DNA of 64,000 nt, taken from an uncultured Planctomycetaceae bacterium (GTDB taxonomy: Bacteria; Planctomycetota; Planctomycetia; Pirellulales; PALSA-1355). A program made the position numbers and the translations under genes. The stretch is from positions 1,120,001 through 1,184,000 of the forward strand of contig CAWAUV010000007.1 of the NCBI GenBank assembly GCA_963785305.1. The letters run 5' to 3'. This document shows, in pieces, positions 10,285 through 21,931 of this stretch. The notes below the pieces were generated by a model. It saw only the letters and a list, made by a program, of their open reading frames with translations. It was not told the DNA's origin and did no database searches. How positions within the stretch are numbered: position 1 is the first letter of the stretch; the number at the start of each line of letters is the position of its first letter.

Positions 10285-11538
10285 ATGCCCGAAATCCTCG
10301 TGCCTTATCTCGACTCGGTGATCGCGCCGCTCATCAAAGTGGCGTTCGTGATCTTCGTGGCGATGCACGCCGCGGCCTACTTGGTGCTGCTCGAGCGGTG
10401 GATCGCCGCATGGGTGCAAGACCGCATCGGGCCCAATCGCGTGGGTCTGATTCCACTGACCGGCATCAAGTGTTTCGGCCTGGGGCAGCCGTTGGTCGAT
10501 GGCGTGAAGTTCATCACCAAGGAGGAGTACACGCCGAAGCATGTCGACAAGGCGCTGTTTATCCTGGCGCCGATCAGTATTTTGATCGCGGCGTTGTCCA
10601 CATTTGCCGTGATTCCGTTTGGCAGCGTGCTTCCGCCGCTGCATATCGAAGGGCTCACCGATCCGGTTCCGCTCTTGGTGGCGCCGCGGGTCGACGTGGG
10701 CGTGATCTATATCTTCGCGCTCAGCAGCATCGCGGTCTATGGCGTGATTCTGGGCGGCTGGGCTAGCAATAATAAATACAGTTTCCTGGGCGGGCTGCGT
10801 TCGAGCGCCCAGCTCATCGCCTACGAAATTCCGCTGGGCCTGGGCCTATTGGGCGTGGTGCTCGTGAGCGGCACATTGCGGCTCGATAAGATCATCGATG
10901 TGCAAGCCCACAGCGGAGTGTGGAACGCGATCACGCAGCCCCTGGGCTTGGTGGTGTTCACCGTGGCCGCGTTCGCCGAGTCGGCCCGGTTGCCGTTTGA
11001 CTTGCCCGAGGCCGAGCAGGAACTAATCGGCGGTTATCACACGGAATACGCGGGCATCAAGCTGCTTTTGTTTCTCGTGGCCGAATTCCTGCACATGGTC
11101 ACGGCGGCCTTTTTGATCGTGATTTTATTCTTCGGCGGCTGGCATTTTTGGGGCATGGCCGAAGGCAATGAGATCAGTTGGTTCACGTCGATCATGCGGA
11201 TCGCGATTCTCAATGGCAAGGTTTTGCTGGTGATCGTGTTCTTCATGATGGTGCGTTGGAGTTGGCCGCGGTTCCGCTTCGATCAGCTCATGGCGCTCGC
11301 CTGGAAGGTGATGCTGCCACTGGGGCTGGTGAATTTGGTGGCGATGGCTTGCTTCACGGAATACGGCGTCCATTGGGCCTCGCTTCTGCATTTGCGTCCC
11401 TGGGTCGTGGCGATGCTCGTGGGCTGGGGGGTGTTGTTTCTCGGTTGGCTGGCCGCCGCCGTGGCCGCGCCGCTGCACGACGACAATCGCCCGAAGGCCA
11501 ACCTGCGCGAATTCGATTTGGAAGGCGAAGGGTTTTGA
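10285..11538 (+). CDS. nuoH: NADH-quinone oxidoreductase subunit H
   Basis: QDRIGPNRVG, GWASNNKYSFLGGLRS, RLPFDLPEAEQELIGGYHTEY, PRFRFDQLM. Confidence 0.97.
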   Translation: MPEILVPYLDSVIAPLIKVAFVIFVAMHAAAYLVLLERWIAAWVQDRIGPNRVGLIPLTGIKCFGLGQPLVDGVKFITKEEYTPKHVDKALFILAPISILIAALSTFAVIPFGSVLPPLHIEGLTDPVPLLVAPRVDVGVIYIFALSSIAVYGVILGGWASNNKYSFLGGLRSSAQLIAYEIPLGLGLLGVVLVSGTLRLDKIIDVQAHSGVWNAITQPLGLVVFTVAAFAESARLPFDLPEAEQELIGGYHTEYAGIKLLLFLVAEFLHMVTAAFLIVILFFGGWHFWGMAEGNEISWFTSIMRIAILNGKVLLVIVFFMMVRWSWPRFRFDQLMALAWKVMLPLGLVNLVAMACFTEYGVHWASLLHLRPWVVAMLVGWGVLFLGWLAAAVAAPLHDDNRPKANLREFDLEGEGF

Positions 11539-11647
11539 TATTCCTCGATGCGTTTCGCGCGGATTCCATCGGCAAGGCAAACGGTTTTAATATGTTGCAT
11601 GCGCCTCGCGGTTCCTCAAGGCCGGCGTCCGGCAGGCAGGTCGATTC

Positions 11648-12190
11648 ATGAAACCCAACGATCCGGCGGTGCTGTGGCTCGAAGAGCCCAAGCTCGGGCT
11701 GGCGGGCAAGATGTATTTGCCGCTGTTCGTGCAGGGGCTCGTCGTGACGACGCGCCACTTGTTCAGCAAGAAAGTCACGGTCAGTTTTCCAGAGACCCGG
11801 CCCACGATCGGCAATCCGCTGATCTATCGGGGCGTGCATCGGCTCAATAAGGATTCGGAAGGCCGCGTCAAGTGCGTGGCCTGCTTCCTCTGCGCCACGG
11901 CCTGCCCGGCGCACTGCATCGACATTATCGGCGTCGAGAGTCCCTGGCCCGACCGGGAAAAGTACCCCGAGAGCTTCACGATCGACGAGCTGCGATGTAT
12001 CTTCTGCGGCATGTGCGAGGAGGCTTGCCCGGTCGACGCGATCGAGCTCACGAGCTTGTGCGATCTTACCGGCCGCAGCCGCGAGGAGATGATCTTCGAC
12101 AAAGAGAAGCTGCTGAGTGTGTTCGAGGAAACCAAGGCCAGCGAGCCGATGAAGTCCGCCACGATCGGGGGCGCGCTCTATGGACATTAG
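11648..12190 (+). CDS. nuoI: NADH-quinone oxidoreductase subunit I
   Basis: Two 4Fe-4S motifs, CVACFLCATACP and CIFCGMCEEACP. Confidence 0.97.
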   Translation: MKPNDPAVLWLEEPKLGLAGKMYLPLFVQGLVVTTRHLFSKKVTVSFPETRPTIGNPLIYRGVHRLNKDSEGRVKCVACFLCATACPAHCIDIIGVESPWPDREKYPESFTIDELRCIFCGMCEEACPVDAIELTSLCDLTGRSREEMIFDKEKLLSVFEETKASEPMKSATIGGALYGH

Positions 12191-13050
12191 TATCGATGCA
12201 ATCGTCGGCCTGGGCGCGGCGCTCTTGGCCGTGGGCTTGTGGTTGATGGCGCCGCGGGGCGGTTCGCGCGGTCGTTGGGTCGGGCGCTGGTCACGGCCGT
12301 GGGGCTCGGCTGCTTGATCGGCAAGATTCCCGCCCTGGGCGAAGACGCGGCGACGGTCGTGTTCTATCTGCTGGCCGCCGCCACGGTGCTGCCGGCGGTG
12401 TGCATGATCTCGTGCGCGAGTCCGATGTACTCCGCGATTTGGTTCGCGATGGCGCTCCTGGGCACGGCGGGGTTGTTTCTGTTTCAAGGCTCGCAGTTTC
12501 TCGGCGTGGCGACGGTCGTGGTCTATGCCGGCGCGATTCTGGTCACGTTTTTATTCGTGCTCATGCTCGCGCAGCCGGGCGGCGAAGCGCCTTATGACCG
12601 CACAAGCTGGGAGGCCCCGTTTTCGGCCGCCGCCGGGCGCTGATTACCGGCCTGCTCACGGTGGCGATCGTCAATGTGTTTCAGCCGCCCGGCGAAGCGC
12701 CGCGAGACGGCCAGCCGCTCGCCAGCTTGGCGTCGGCGCCCGAAGTCACCCCAGCCGCGCTCGCCGACAACCTGCTCACCGAGGATCACATGGCCCGGCT
12801 CGGCGCCGAGCTCTTTAGCCGGCATCTGATGTCGGTCGAGTTGGCGGGCACGCTGCTCTTGGTGGGGCTCGTGGGTTGCGTGGCGATCGTGTCGCGGATG
12901 CATCAGCCGAGAGGTGGCAAGGAATCGACCTTGGGGGCGGCCGTCTCGGAAGTCGTGAGCGGCGCCGGGGTCACGCACATTGGCATGTCGGGACCGATCG
13001 GCCCGGAAGGTTTGGGCGGAACCGGTTCAGGAGGTGGGCATCATGTCTGA
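12180..13050 (+). CDS. nuoJ: NADH-quinone oxidoreductase subunit J, frameshifts ~12285 and ~12638
   Basis: Read from ATG 12180 (MDISIDAIVGLGAALLAVGLWL), then QFLGVATVVVYAGAILVTFLFVLML, then ELAGTLLLVGLVGCVAI. Confidence 0.88.
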
Positions 13051-13486
13051 GGCCGCGCTGCTTGAAAACTATCTGATCCTCGGGGCGCTGCTGTTTGGCA
13101 TCGGCCTGGTCGGCTTTTTCAGCCGGCGAAACATGATCATCATGTTCCTCTGCGCCGAGCTGATGCTCCAGGGCGTGTCGGTGAGCCTCGTGGCTTGGGG
13201 GCGCTGGCACAACGACTGGGGCGGCCAGATGCTCGTGATTTTTATTCTCACGGTGGCCGCGTGCGAAGCCGCGATCGCGCTGGCGCTCGTGTTGTCGCTT
13301 TATCAGCGGAGTGGATCGCTGGATGTGGCCTTCTGGCAGGGCCTGCGCGAAGACAATCTGCCGCCGCACATCGACCGCGAGCTTCCGCCGAGCGATGACG
13401 TGAAGCCGCATTGGCCCACGCTGACGCCCGCCGGGCTCGAGCCGCCGCCGAATTTGGAGGAGGTAACACACCGCAGCCATGTCTAA
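13043..13486 (+). CDS. nuoK: NADH-quinone oxidoreductase subunit K with Pro-rich C-terminal extension
   Basis: LFGIGLVGFFSRRN, ELMLQG, VAACEAAIALA. Confidence 0.93.
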   Translation: MSEAALLENYLILGALLFGIGLVGFFSRRNMIIMFLCAELMLQGVSVSLVAWGRWHNDWGGQMLVIFILTVAACEAAIALALVLSLYQRSGSLDVAFWQGLREDNLPPHIDRELPPSDDVKPHWPTLTPAGLEPPPNLEEVTHRSHV

Positions 13487-15613
13487 TGAAGCACAAAACG
13501 CGCTGATCGCGATTCCGGCCCTGCCGCTGTTGGCGTCGGTGCTGGTGGCGCTGTTCGGCAAGTCGATCTTTGGTTCGAAGAGCCACTACCCGGTGGTGTT
13601 GGCGATTGGCGGCTCGTTTTTATTGAGCCTGTTCTTGCTGTTCACCGTGCGCTCGCATGTCGAGTCGGCGCCCGAGGCGCTCCCGGCTGGGAAGCGACGG
13701 TGAATCTCTGGCAATGGGCGAAAATCGACGACGCGATCGCGACTCCCGCCTTCGCGCGGCCCGCGGCCGACGCGGAGCAGCTTGCCGCCGAGGAGCATGC
13801 GGGCAAGCCGGGCGAGTCGGCCGTCGCCCCGACCCCGACTCCGCTGCCCGGGCGGCTGCCCTTCACGATCGACGTGACGCTGCGGGCCGACGCGCTCACC
13901 TGCATCATGCTTTCGATGGTCACGTTTATCTCGACCCTCGTGGCGATCTACGCCAGCGGCTACATGCACGGCGATCCCGGCTATGCTCGCTTCTTCGCCT
14001 ATATCGCGCTGTTCGTGTTTTCAATGACGATGCTGGTGTCGGTGAGCAACTTCGTGTTGCTCTATGTCTTTTGGGAAGCGGTCGGCGTGTGCAGTTATTT
14101 GCTGATCGGGTTTTGGTATCAAAAGCCCGAGGCGGCCGCGGCCGGCAAGAAGGCGTTTTTGGTCAATCGCATCGGTGACTTCGGCTTTGCCCTGGGCTTG
14201 TTCCTGATTTGGACCACCTACGGCACGCTCAACTATCACGACGCCGACGGCATCGCCGGAGTGCTGGGGCAAACTCGCCTCGCGCATGTCGAAGGCGCGG
14301 CTGGCCCGGCGATGTATCTCGGCGGCGGCGTGGCCACGGCGATCTGCTTGCTGTTGCTCTTGGGCGCGTGTGGCAAGAGCGCGCAGTTTCCGCTGCATGT
14401 GTGGCTGCCCGACGCCATGGAAGGCCCCACTCCGGTGAGCGCCTTGATTCACGCCGCCACGATGGTCACGGCCGGCGTTTATATGGTCACGCGCTGCACG
14501 CCGCTGTTTCATCAGTCGGCATACGCGCAAGAAGTGGTGGCGCTCACCGGCGCCGTCACCGCGGCAATGGCCGGCTTTATCGCCATCACGCAAACCGACC
14601 TCAAGCGGGTGCTCGCCTACTCGACCATCAGCCAGTTAGGTTATATGTTTCTCGGCCTGGGTGTCGGCTCGCTGGCCGGAATCACGGCCGGCATGTTCCA
14701 CTTGTTTACCCACGCCTTTTTCAAGGCGCTTTTGTTCTTGGGCGCCGGCAGCGTGATGCACGCCATGGGCGGCGTGATCGACATGCGGCATTTCGGCGGC
14801 CTCCGGCGGCTGATGCCCACCACCTGCTGGACATTTCTGTTCGGTTCGCTGGCGCTGGCTGGCGTGGTCCCGTTCGCGGGCTTCTGGAGCAAAGACGCGA
14901 TCATGGCCGCGGTGCATGATCGGGCCCATGATTCGGCGTTTTTCAACGTGCTGTTCTACATTGCCTTGGCCACGGCGCTGGCCACGGCGGCCTATACGTT
15001 TCGGGCCTATTTCCTCACCTTTCATGGACCCGAGCGCGTGCCGCCCGAAGCGGGGCATCATGCGCACGAATCGCCTTGGAACATGACCGTGCCGCTGATG
15101 ATCCTGGCCGTGGGCGCGTTGATCGTGGGCGGGTACTTCGAGGCGACCTCCAAGAACGGGTTCGCCGATTTTCTGCATCGCACTCCCTCGCTGGCGTTCG
15201 GCGAGTTCGCCGAGCAGGCCAAGGAAGTCGAGCACATGCATTGGAATGTGGCGATCATCAGCACGATTGCCGCCTTTGCCGGAATTGGATTGGCGTATTT
15301 CATCTACATGGGCGCTCCGGGCCGGGCGAACACGATCGCCCAAAAACTGCGGCCGCTCTACATTCTCTCGCTCGGGAAGTTGTTTCTCGACCCGATCTAT
15401 GGGCTGTTGTTCGTGTGGCCGCTGCGGGCCTTGGCGTTTATTTTTTACGCGATCGATCGCTGGCTGATCGACGCGCTGGTGAACTTGGTCGGCAAGATCC
15501 CTCCCTGGATCGGGGCCACGCTCCGCGGCATGCAAAACGGCATGGTCCAGTTCTATGCGCTTGCCATGGTGTTTGGAGTGGCGGTGCTGATCGGCACGCT
15601 TTTGATTTGGTGA
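13479..15613 (+). CDS. nuoL: NADH-quinone oxidoreductase subunit L, frameshift ~13695
   Basis: YASGYMHGDPG, WEAVGVCSYLLIGFW, GKSAQFPLHVWLPDAMEGPTPVSALIHAATMV, HAFFKALLFL. Confidence 0.95.
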
Positions 15614-15772
15614 GCGGTGGTCGTTCGGCGAGGGGAAGCTCGCGGTGGTTATTGGCAGTAGCAATCGATTGCGATCCGGCGCCGTCGTCCGTCCCAGGGC
15701 GGGGCGGGGGATTTCGGTTTCGGGAACAGCCGTTCGCATTTTTGGAAAAGCCCTACCTCTTTTGGTAACGCG

Positions 15773-17664
15773 ATGACGAATCTCCTTTTGGCCACCATCT
15801 TTCTGCCGCTCATTGGCGCGGTCGGCATTCTGTTGCTCGCCGACCAGGGCAAGGCGGTCGCTCGGCAATTGGCCCTGCTCACCTCGCTGGGCGCCGCAGC
15901 CATGGCCGGGCGCTGGTGTTTCGCTATGTGCCCGGCGACGCCGACTTCTCGGAGTGGGGATGCAACTGGCTCACGATGCCGGGCGTCGACATCAAGTTTT
16001 CGCTGGGGATCGACGGCATCAGTGTCTGGCTCTTTGGGCTCTCGGCGCTCCTGACCGTGACGTGCGTGCTGATCAGTTGGGAATCGATCTCGGATCGGCC
16101 GGGCACGTTTTACGCGCTGTTGCTCTTTCTCGAAACCGGCATGCTCGGCGTGTTTGCCGCCCGCGACATCATCATGTTCTACGTGTTTTTCGAGTTCACG
16201 CTGATTCCGCTCTTTTTCCTGATCGGCATCTGGGGGAGCGAGGAACGGCGGTATGCGGCGATCAAGTTCTTTATTTTCACGCTGGCCGGCAGCGTGCTCA
16301 CGTTCTTGGGGCTCGTGGCGATCGTCGTTTGGAACTCCACCCAGCCCAACGCGAGCGTGACCTTTTCGATCTCGGAAATCACGAAGGGGCTGGCGGCCAA
16401 TCCGCTGCCGTTTAATTATCAACTCTGGATCTTCCTGGCGTTATTCGCCGGTTTCGCGATCAAGGTGCCGCTCTTTCCGCTGCACACCTGGTTGCCGCTG
16501 GCGCATGTGCAAGCGCCGGCCGCGGGCAGCGTGCTCTTGGCCGGGGTGCTGCTCAAGATCGGCTGCTATGGTTTTCTGAGGTTCAGCATTCCCTGGCTGC
16601 CCGAGGCCACGGCCGCGGCGGTTCCCTGGATGCTGTGGCTTTCGGCCGCCGGCATTATCTATGGCGCCCTGGTGGCGCTGGCCCAGTCGGATCTCAAGAA
16701 GCTGATCGCGTATTCGAGCGTCAGCCACTTGGGCTACTGCATGCTGGGACTGTTTGCCCTCACGGCCGCGGGGCTCGAGGGCGGCACGCTTCAACTGATC
16801 AACCACGGCCTCTCGACCGGCGGCCTGTTCGCCTTGGTCGGCATGATTTACGAACGCTACCATACGCGTGAGATTCGCGAGTTCTCCGGGCTCACCCGGC
16901 GATTGCCGCTGCTCACGACGATGTTTGTATTCTTCACGTTTTCGAGCATCGGCCTGCCGGGGCTCAACGGTTTCGCCGGTGAATTCTTGGTGCTGATCGG
17001 CATGTTCCAGCGGGCCATGGGTCCGCTTTCGACCGAGCTGGCCAGCCAGTTCAAGGTGATTGCCGTGCTGGGCGTGTTTGGCGTGGTGCTGGGCGCGTGG
17101 TACATGCTCTGGCTGGTGCAGCGCGTGTTCTTCGGGCCGCTTCGCGAGCCGAGCCTACATCACGCCGCCGCCCACGGACACGAAAGCCACGCGACGCATG
17201 GCCATGGCCCTGGCAGCCACGCGGCGGCCACCACCGCGCATGGACACGCCGCCGATGGCCACGACGCGCACCATGGCCATGCCGAAGCGCCGCTGCCGGG
17301 CCCGCACATTCCCGATCTCAGCGCGCGCGAGTTTTTTGCCCTCGCGCCGCTATGCGTGTTTATTGTGTGGATCGGCGTGCATCCCGCGTTTTTCTTGCGG
17401 CGCTTCGAACCCGGCCTGACCGATCTGACCGCGGGCGCCGAGGCGACCTTCGATCGCAATATGGAAGGCGAGCGCCGCGATGAATCGGAGACGCAGGTGG
17501 GCGCCGTGGCGATTCCGCCCGAGCAAGCGCCCGCGGCCAAGCCGGCTCTCTCCGAGAGATCGTCGACCGAAAGATCATCCACCAAGAGCGCGAGCGAGAC
17601 GTTTCGCGCCGCGGGCGTCGCCGCCCTTGCCCATCATCCTTCCTTGGGAGAACCGACCCCGTGA
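15773..17664 (+). CDS. nuoM: NADH-quinone oxidoreductase subunit M with His-rich insert, frameshift ~15910
   Basis: GIDGIS, FYVFFEFTLIP, FAIKVPLFPLHTWLP, IAYSSVSH, SIGLPGLNGFAGEF. Confidence 0.95.
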
Positions 17665-19537
17665 CGAGTAGTGGCACGCTGTATCTGTTGCTGCCCGAGG
17701 TGATTCTCGTGCTCTTCGCCACCGCGATCTATGTGGGTGGCGCGTTTACCGCCGCGCGCGAGGGCTGGGCCTGGATGGCCGCCGCCGGATTGTTGCTGGC
17801 CGGCTTGGCCTTGCATCAGCAGCAAGATTCCCTGCATCTCGCGGCCCAAGAGTCCTCGGCCGCGAGCCCGATGGGCATGATGATCGGCGAGGGGAAGAAC
17901 GCCGGTGGCGAAATGGCTGGCTCGAACATGGCCGGCTCGAACAGGGCCGGCCAGGATATGGCCGGCCAGAACATGAGCGGTCCGATGAAGTCCATCCCGC
18001 GCGAGAACCCAGCCGCCGATCCGTTGGCGCCGGCCTCCGACGGCGATCTCCTGGCTAGCCGCCATTGCCGGGCCGCCCGCGATTTTGAGTGGTCCGGCCG
18101 TGATCGATTTCTTCGCGCATGTCGTGCGGTGGTTCACCATCGGCGTTGGGCTGTTGCTGGTGCTCATGCTCGCGCGCGGCCTCGGCCGGGCTCGCGCCGG
18201 AGCTCATGGGCTCGCTGCTCCTGATGATGGCGGGCCTGATGATCGTGGGCGTGGCCAATGATCTCGTGCTCTTGTTCTTGGGTCTCGAGCTGGTATCGAT
18301 TCCAACCTATGTGGTGCTCTATCTCGGCCGGCACGACACCGCGTCGCAGGAAGCGGCCACGAAGTATTTCTTTCTCAGCATCTTGTCGTCGGGCCTGCTT
18401 CTCTATGGGTTCAGCTTCCTCTATGGCTTTCACCACTCGACCTGCCTGATCGACGCGGGCCAAGCCTTGAATGCTTCCAATGCCCATGCGGTCGCCAGCG
18501 CCGCGCGCTCCAGGGCACGGGCAAGTTTGCCCTCTTGGCCATGGTGCTGATCTTCGCCGGGCTCGGGTTCCGCATGGCCGCCGTGCCGTTTCACTTCTAC
18601 GCCGCCCGATGTGTATCAGGGCACCTCACACGCCAACGCCGCGCTGTTGAGCGTGGTTCCCAAGATCGCGGGTCTGGTGGCGCTGGTGCGGGTGCTGGCG
18701 GCCCCGGTCGTGGCCACGGCGATCGACTTCCCCGCGCTGGCCAAAGTGGGGTGGCAGATATCGCTTGTGTTGGCGGTGATTACCATGACGCTGGGCAACC
18801 TTCTGGCCTTGTGGCAGCGCAATGTTCGCCGCATGCTGGCGTATTCCTCGATCGCCCATGCCGGCTACATGCTCATCGGCGTGGCGGTTGCTTTCGCCGC
18901 GAGTATCGATGTGGCCCAGGCCGGTCCGGCGGCGGCCGGGTTCGCGGGCATCGGCTCGGCGATGTTTTATCTGGCGACCTATGCGCTGGCCACGTTTGGC
19001 GCCTTCGCGGCGCTCGCTTACCTGAGCGGCGAGGAGCGACAGCTCAACACGGTCGACGAACTTGCCGGTCTCGCGCGGTCATGTCCGGCCGTGGCGGCGG
19101 TGATCGCGGTGTGCATGTTCAGCCTGCTCGGCTTGCCGCCTTTGGCCGGTTTCTGGGGCAAGTTTCAACTGATCTATGGGGCGCTCTCCTTCGCGCCGGG
19201 CGATGTTCGCTGGTGGTTGATCGCGCTCAGCATTGCCACGATGATCAACGCCGCGATCTCGGCCGGTTATTATCTCCGCGTGATTGCCGCCATGTATTTC
19301 CGCGAAGCCGTGCAAGTGGTGCGGCCGCAGGCTGGGCCCGGGCTCGGCGCCGCGATGCTCATTTCCACGTTTGGCGTGCTGCTGCTGGGAGTGGCGCCCG
19401 GCCCCTGGGTCGACGCCGCCGGTCGCGCGAGCGCGGCGGCCGAGGCGAGTATCGTGTCGCATCGAAGTGAGATGCAAGTCCGCGCCGCGGCGACCGATCA
19501 TGCCACGCTCGCCGTGGACCGGGGCGCCGATCGCTGA
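17661..19537 (+). CDS. nuoN: NADH-quinone oxidoreductase subunit N, several frameshifts (~18070-18180, ~18520, ~18607)
   Basis: LLLPEVIL, LFLGLELVSIPTYV, EAATKYF, GFRMAAVPFHFY, RMLAYSSIAHAGY, LLGLPPLAGFWGK. Confidence 0.9.
17913..17987 (+). repeat. 15-bp tandem repeat x5 inside nuoN (MAGSN-MAGSN-RAGQD-MAGQN-MSGPM)
   Basis: ATGGCTGGCTCGAAC ATGGCCGGCTCGAAC AGGGCCGGCCAGGAT ATGGCCGGCCAGAAC ATGAGCGGTCCGATG. Confidence 0.85.
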
Positions 19538-19576
19538 CCGGACCCGCGGCGTGGACCTCGCGGCGACTCGACTCGA

Positions 19577-21153
19577 ATGGCGGTTTCCATGGTGCGCTCC
19601 GCGATCCATCGCCTTGCCGATGCGCTCAACGCGGCGACCAGCCCCCTGTTTGTTCTCGATGAACGGCGCCGGATCGTTTTTTGGAACGAAGCCTGCGAGC
19701 GTTGGACCGGCGCGGCGGCCGAAGCGCTGCTCGGCGCGGTGTGTGTGTACCAAGCGCCCGAGCCGCTCGACGACTCGACGCCGCCCGACGAACCCGCTTC
19801 CGAAGGGTCGGGCACATCGGCGGCCGAGCAGGGGCGATTGCCCGCCAAGGATGGCCGTATCGCGGCGATCTTGGCCGCGGGGCTCTGTCCGTCGCCGGCG
19901 GCGCTTGGAGGGCTGCGCTGCCGCGAGCGGCGCGAAGTGTGGCTACGCAAAAACGAATGCCTCGGGGCGTGGGTCGAATATCTGCCCCTCGCCCGCGGGC
20001 CCGATGAAGTATCGCCGATCGTGGCTCTTGTCGATCTCGCGGCCCCGGGACCTGCGCCCACCGACGGACTCCCACCGTACACTCCCGCGCCCGAGGCGAT
20101 CGAAAAGTACATGGTCGAACCGGCGCCCGGCGAGCCTTCGGCCGAGAGTTTGCATCGGGCCCTCGTGCGTTTTCGCGCCAGGCTCGGGCGTCGCTATGCT
20201 CCCGAACAGTTCGTGGGCGCCGATCCACGCATCGCGCGGGCCCGGGCACAGGCGGCGCTCGCGGCGCTTGGCGACCAGAGCGTGATGATCGTGGGACCGG
20301 CGGGCGTGGGCAAGGAGCATTTGGCCCGCGCGATTCATTACTCTCGCCATGGCGATGGCGCGGCCGAATGGGCCGCGCTGGCCTGCGGGGCCTTGGGCGC
20401 CGAATTGCTGGGATCGACGCTCGCGGCGCTGGTCGCTCGTCAATCGGCCGCCGGGCCGGCGCCCATCGCGCTGTCGCTAGGGGGTTCTTCATCGCTCGCG
20501 CCGCGGCGCCGGGCGGGTCGCTGCTCTTGAACGATGCCGACCGAATGCCGGTCGAGACCCAGGGTCTGCTCGCCGACCTAATCGCGTCGGGCAAGCTGCG
20601 AATGCAAGTGCTTTCGACCGGCAAACGCTCGCTGGTCGAACTGGCTGGCGAAGGCAAATTCGATTCGCGGCTGGGTCATGCGCTCTCGACGCTCGAAATC
20701 ACGATCCCGCCGCTCGCCGAGCGCTTGGGCGATTTGCCGCTGTTATGTCAGGCGATCGTCGAGCGGATCAATGGCGAGGGCGCCAAGCAACTGGCCGGCG
20801 TCGCTCCCGAGACGCTCGATCTGCTCGCCGCATATCCCTGGCCTAGCAATGTCGACGATCTTTCCGCGACCTTGGCCGAGGCGCATGCGCGGGCCGAGGG
20901 AACCGAAATCAAACCGCTCGACTTGCCCAAGCAGGTGCATCAATATATTGAGGCGAAGTCGCGCCCCGATCCGCGCCCCGAGCCGATCCGGCTCGAGGCG
21001 TTTTTGGCCGACGTGGAGCGCGAACTGATTGCCCGAGCGTTGCGCCGGGCCAAAGGCAACAAAAGTCGCGCCGCCAAACTGCTCGGGCTCACCCGCCCGC
21101 GGCTCTACCGCCGCATGGCCGAACTGGGGCTCGCCGATGGGGAGTCGAAGTAA
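19577..21153 (+). CDS. PAS + degenerate sigma54-activator-like AAA+ + Fis-HTH transcriptional regulator, frameshift ~20480
   Basis: N-terminal PLFVLDERRRIVFWNEACERWTG (PAS-like); Walker A GPAGVGKE; IPPLAER; YPWPSN; C-terminal ALRRAKGNKSRAAKLLGLTRPRLYRRM. Confidence 0.85.
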
Positions 21154-21313
21154 CGGGCCGGCAACCATCGCGCCCCAAGCCGAACACAACGCGAGCCAAA
21201 CGCAACGCGGCGGGGCCCCGCGGGGTTCGCCCAAGAGCAGGTTTGACATTCGAGTGAGTTGGCATTCGGGCTCCCCGCGGGTTAAGATTTCTGGCAAGAA
21301 AGCAGTGCCTCAC

Positions 21314-21892
21314 GTGAAAGCCAGATCGCATCGAGCGCCCGTGCGATGGATTGTGTGCGAGCGGGGCGACGCGTGGGCGCCGGCGATTGGTCGGGCTTTG
21401 GGTCGGCGAATTGAAACGCGGTCGACACGGAGCCTCGCCGAGTGCGTCGAGCGGTTGGCCGACGCGCCGGCCGGCATCGTGGCGATCGAGCTCACGGCGA
21501 ATCAGGTCGAACGCGTGGCGGATTTTATTTTCCGCCTCGCCGAGGACTCGCCCGCGATAGGACCGCCTCCGCGAGGAGCGCCAGCGACGCGCATGCCGGC
21601 GCCGCGAGTGATCGTGGTCGCGGATCGGGCGCTGGCCGGATTCGAGCCGTGGATGCGCGAGGCCGGCGCCGCGCATTTCGAAACATCGCCGCGACGATTG
21701 ACACGCCTCCGCGGCCTTGTCGAGCAACTGGCGCGAGCCGAGCGCCGCGCATTCGACGCCCACGGCCCGCGATTGTCGCTTGCCGATCGGATTTGGGCGC
21801 GGCTGCCGTGGAGCGAGCAGCCGCGCGCGGCGACCGCGCCCTGGAACCGCCTCCATGACCCGGGAACGGCGCGGTCCGCGAGATTAAACTAG
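21314..21892 (+). CDS. Hypothetical protein, possibly a degenerate receiver-like alpha/beta domain
   Basis: WIVCE ... SLAECVERL ... IVAIEL ... VIVVAD ... REAGAAHF pattern resembles a CheY-like fold without clear phospho-acceptor residues; GTG start inferred. Confidence 0.55.
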   Translation: MKARSHRAPVRWIVCERGDAWAPAIGRALGRRIETRSTRSLAECVERLADAPAGIVAIELTANQVERVADFIFRLAEDSPAIGPPPRGAPATRMPAPRVIVVADRALAGFEPWMREAGAAHFETSPRRLTRLRGLVEQLARAERRAFDAHGPRLSLADRIWARLPWSEQPRAATAPWNRLHDPGTARSARLN

Positions 21893-21931
21893 AACATCAA
21901 CGACTTCGATTTTGGAAAGGCGTCAGAGAGC

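Noticed and set aside
8566..19537. Frameshifted nuo genes as pseudogenes or programmed frameshifts
   Set aside because: The indels are scattered, often in homopolymers, and motifs are otherwise intact; sequencing error is more likely
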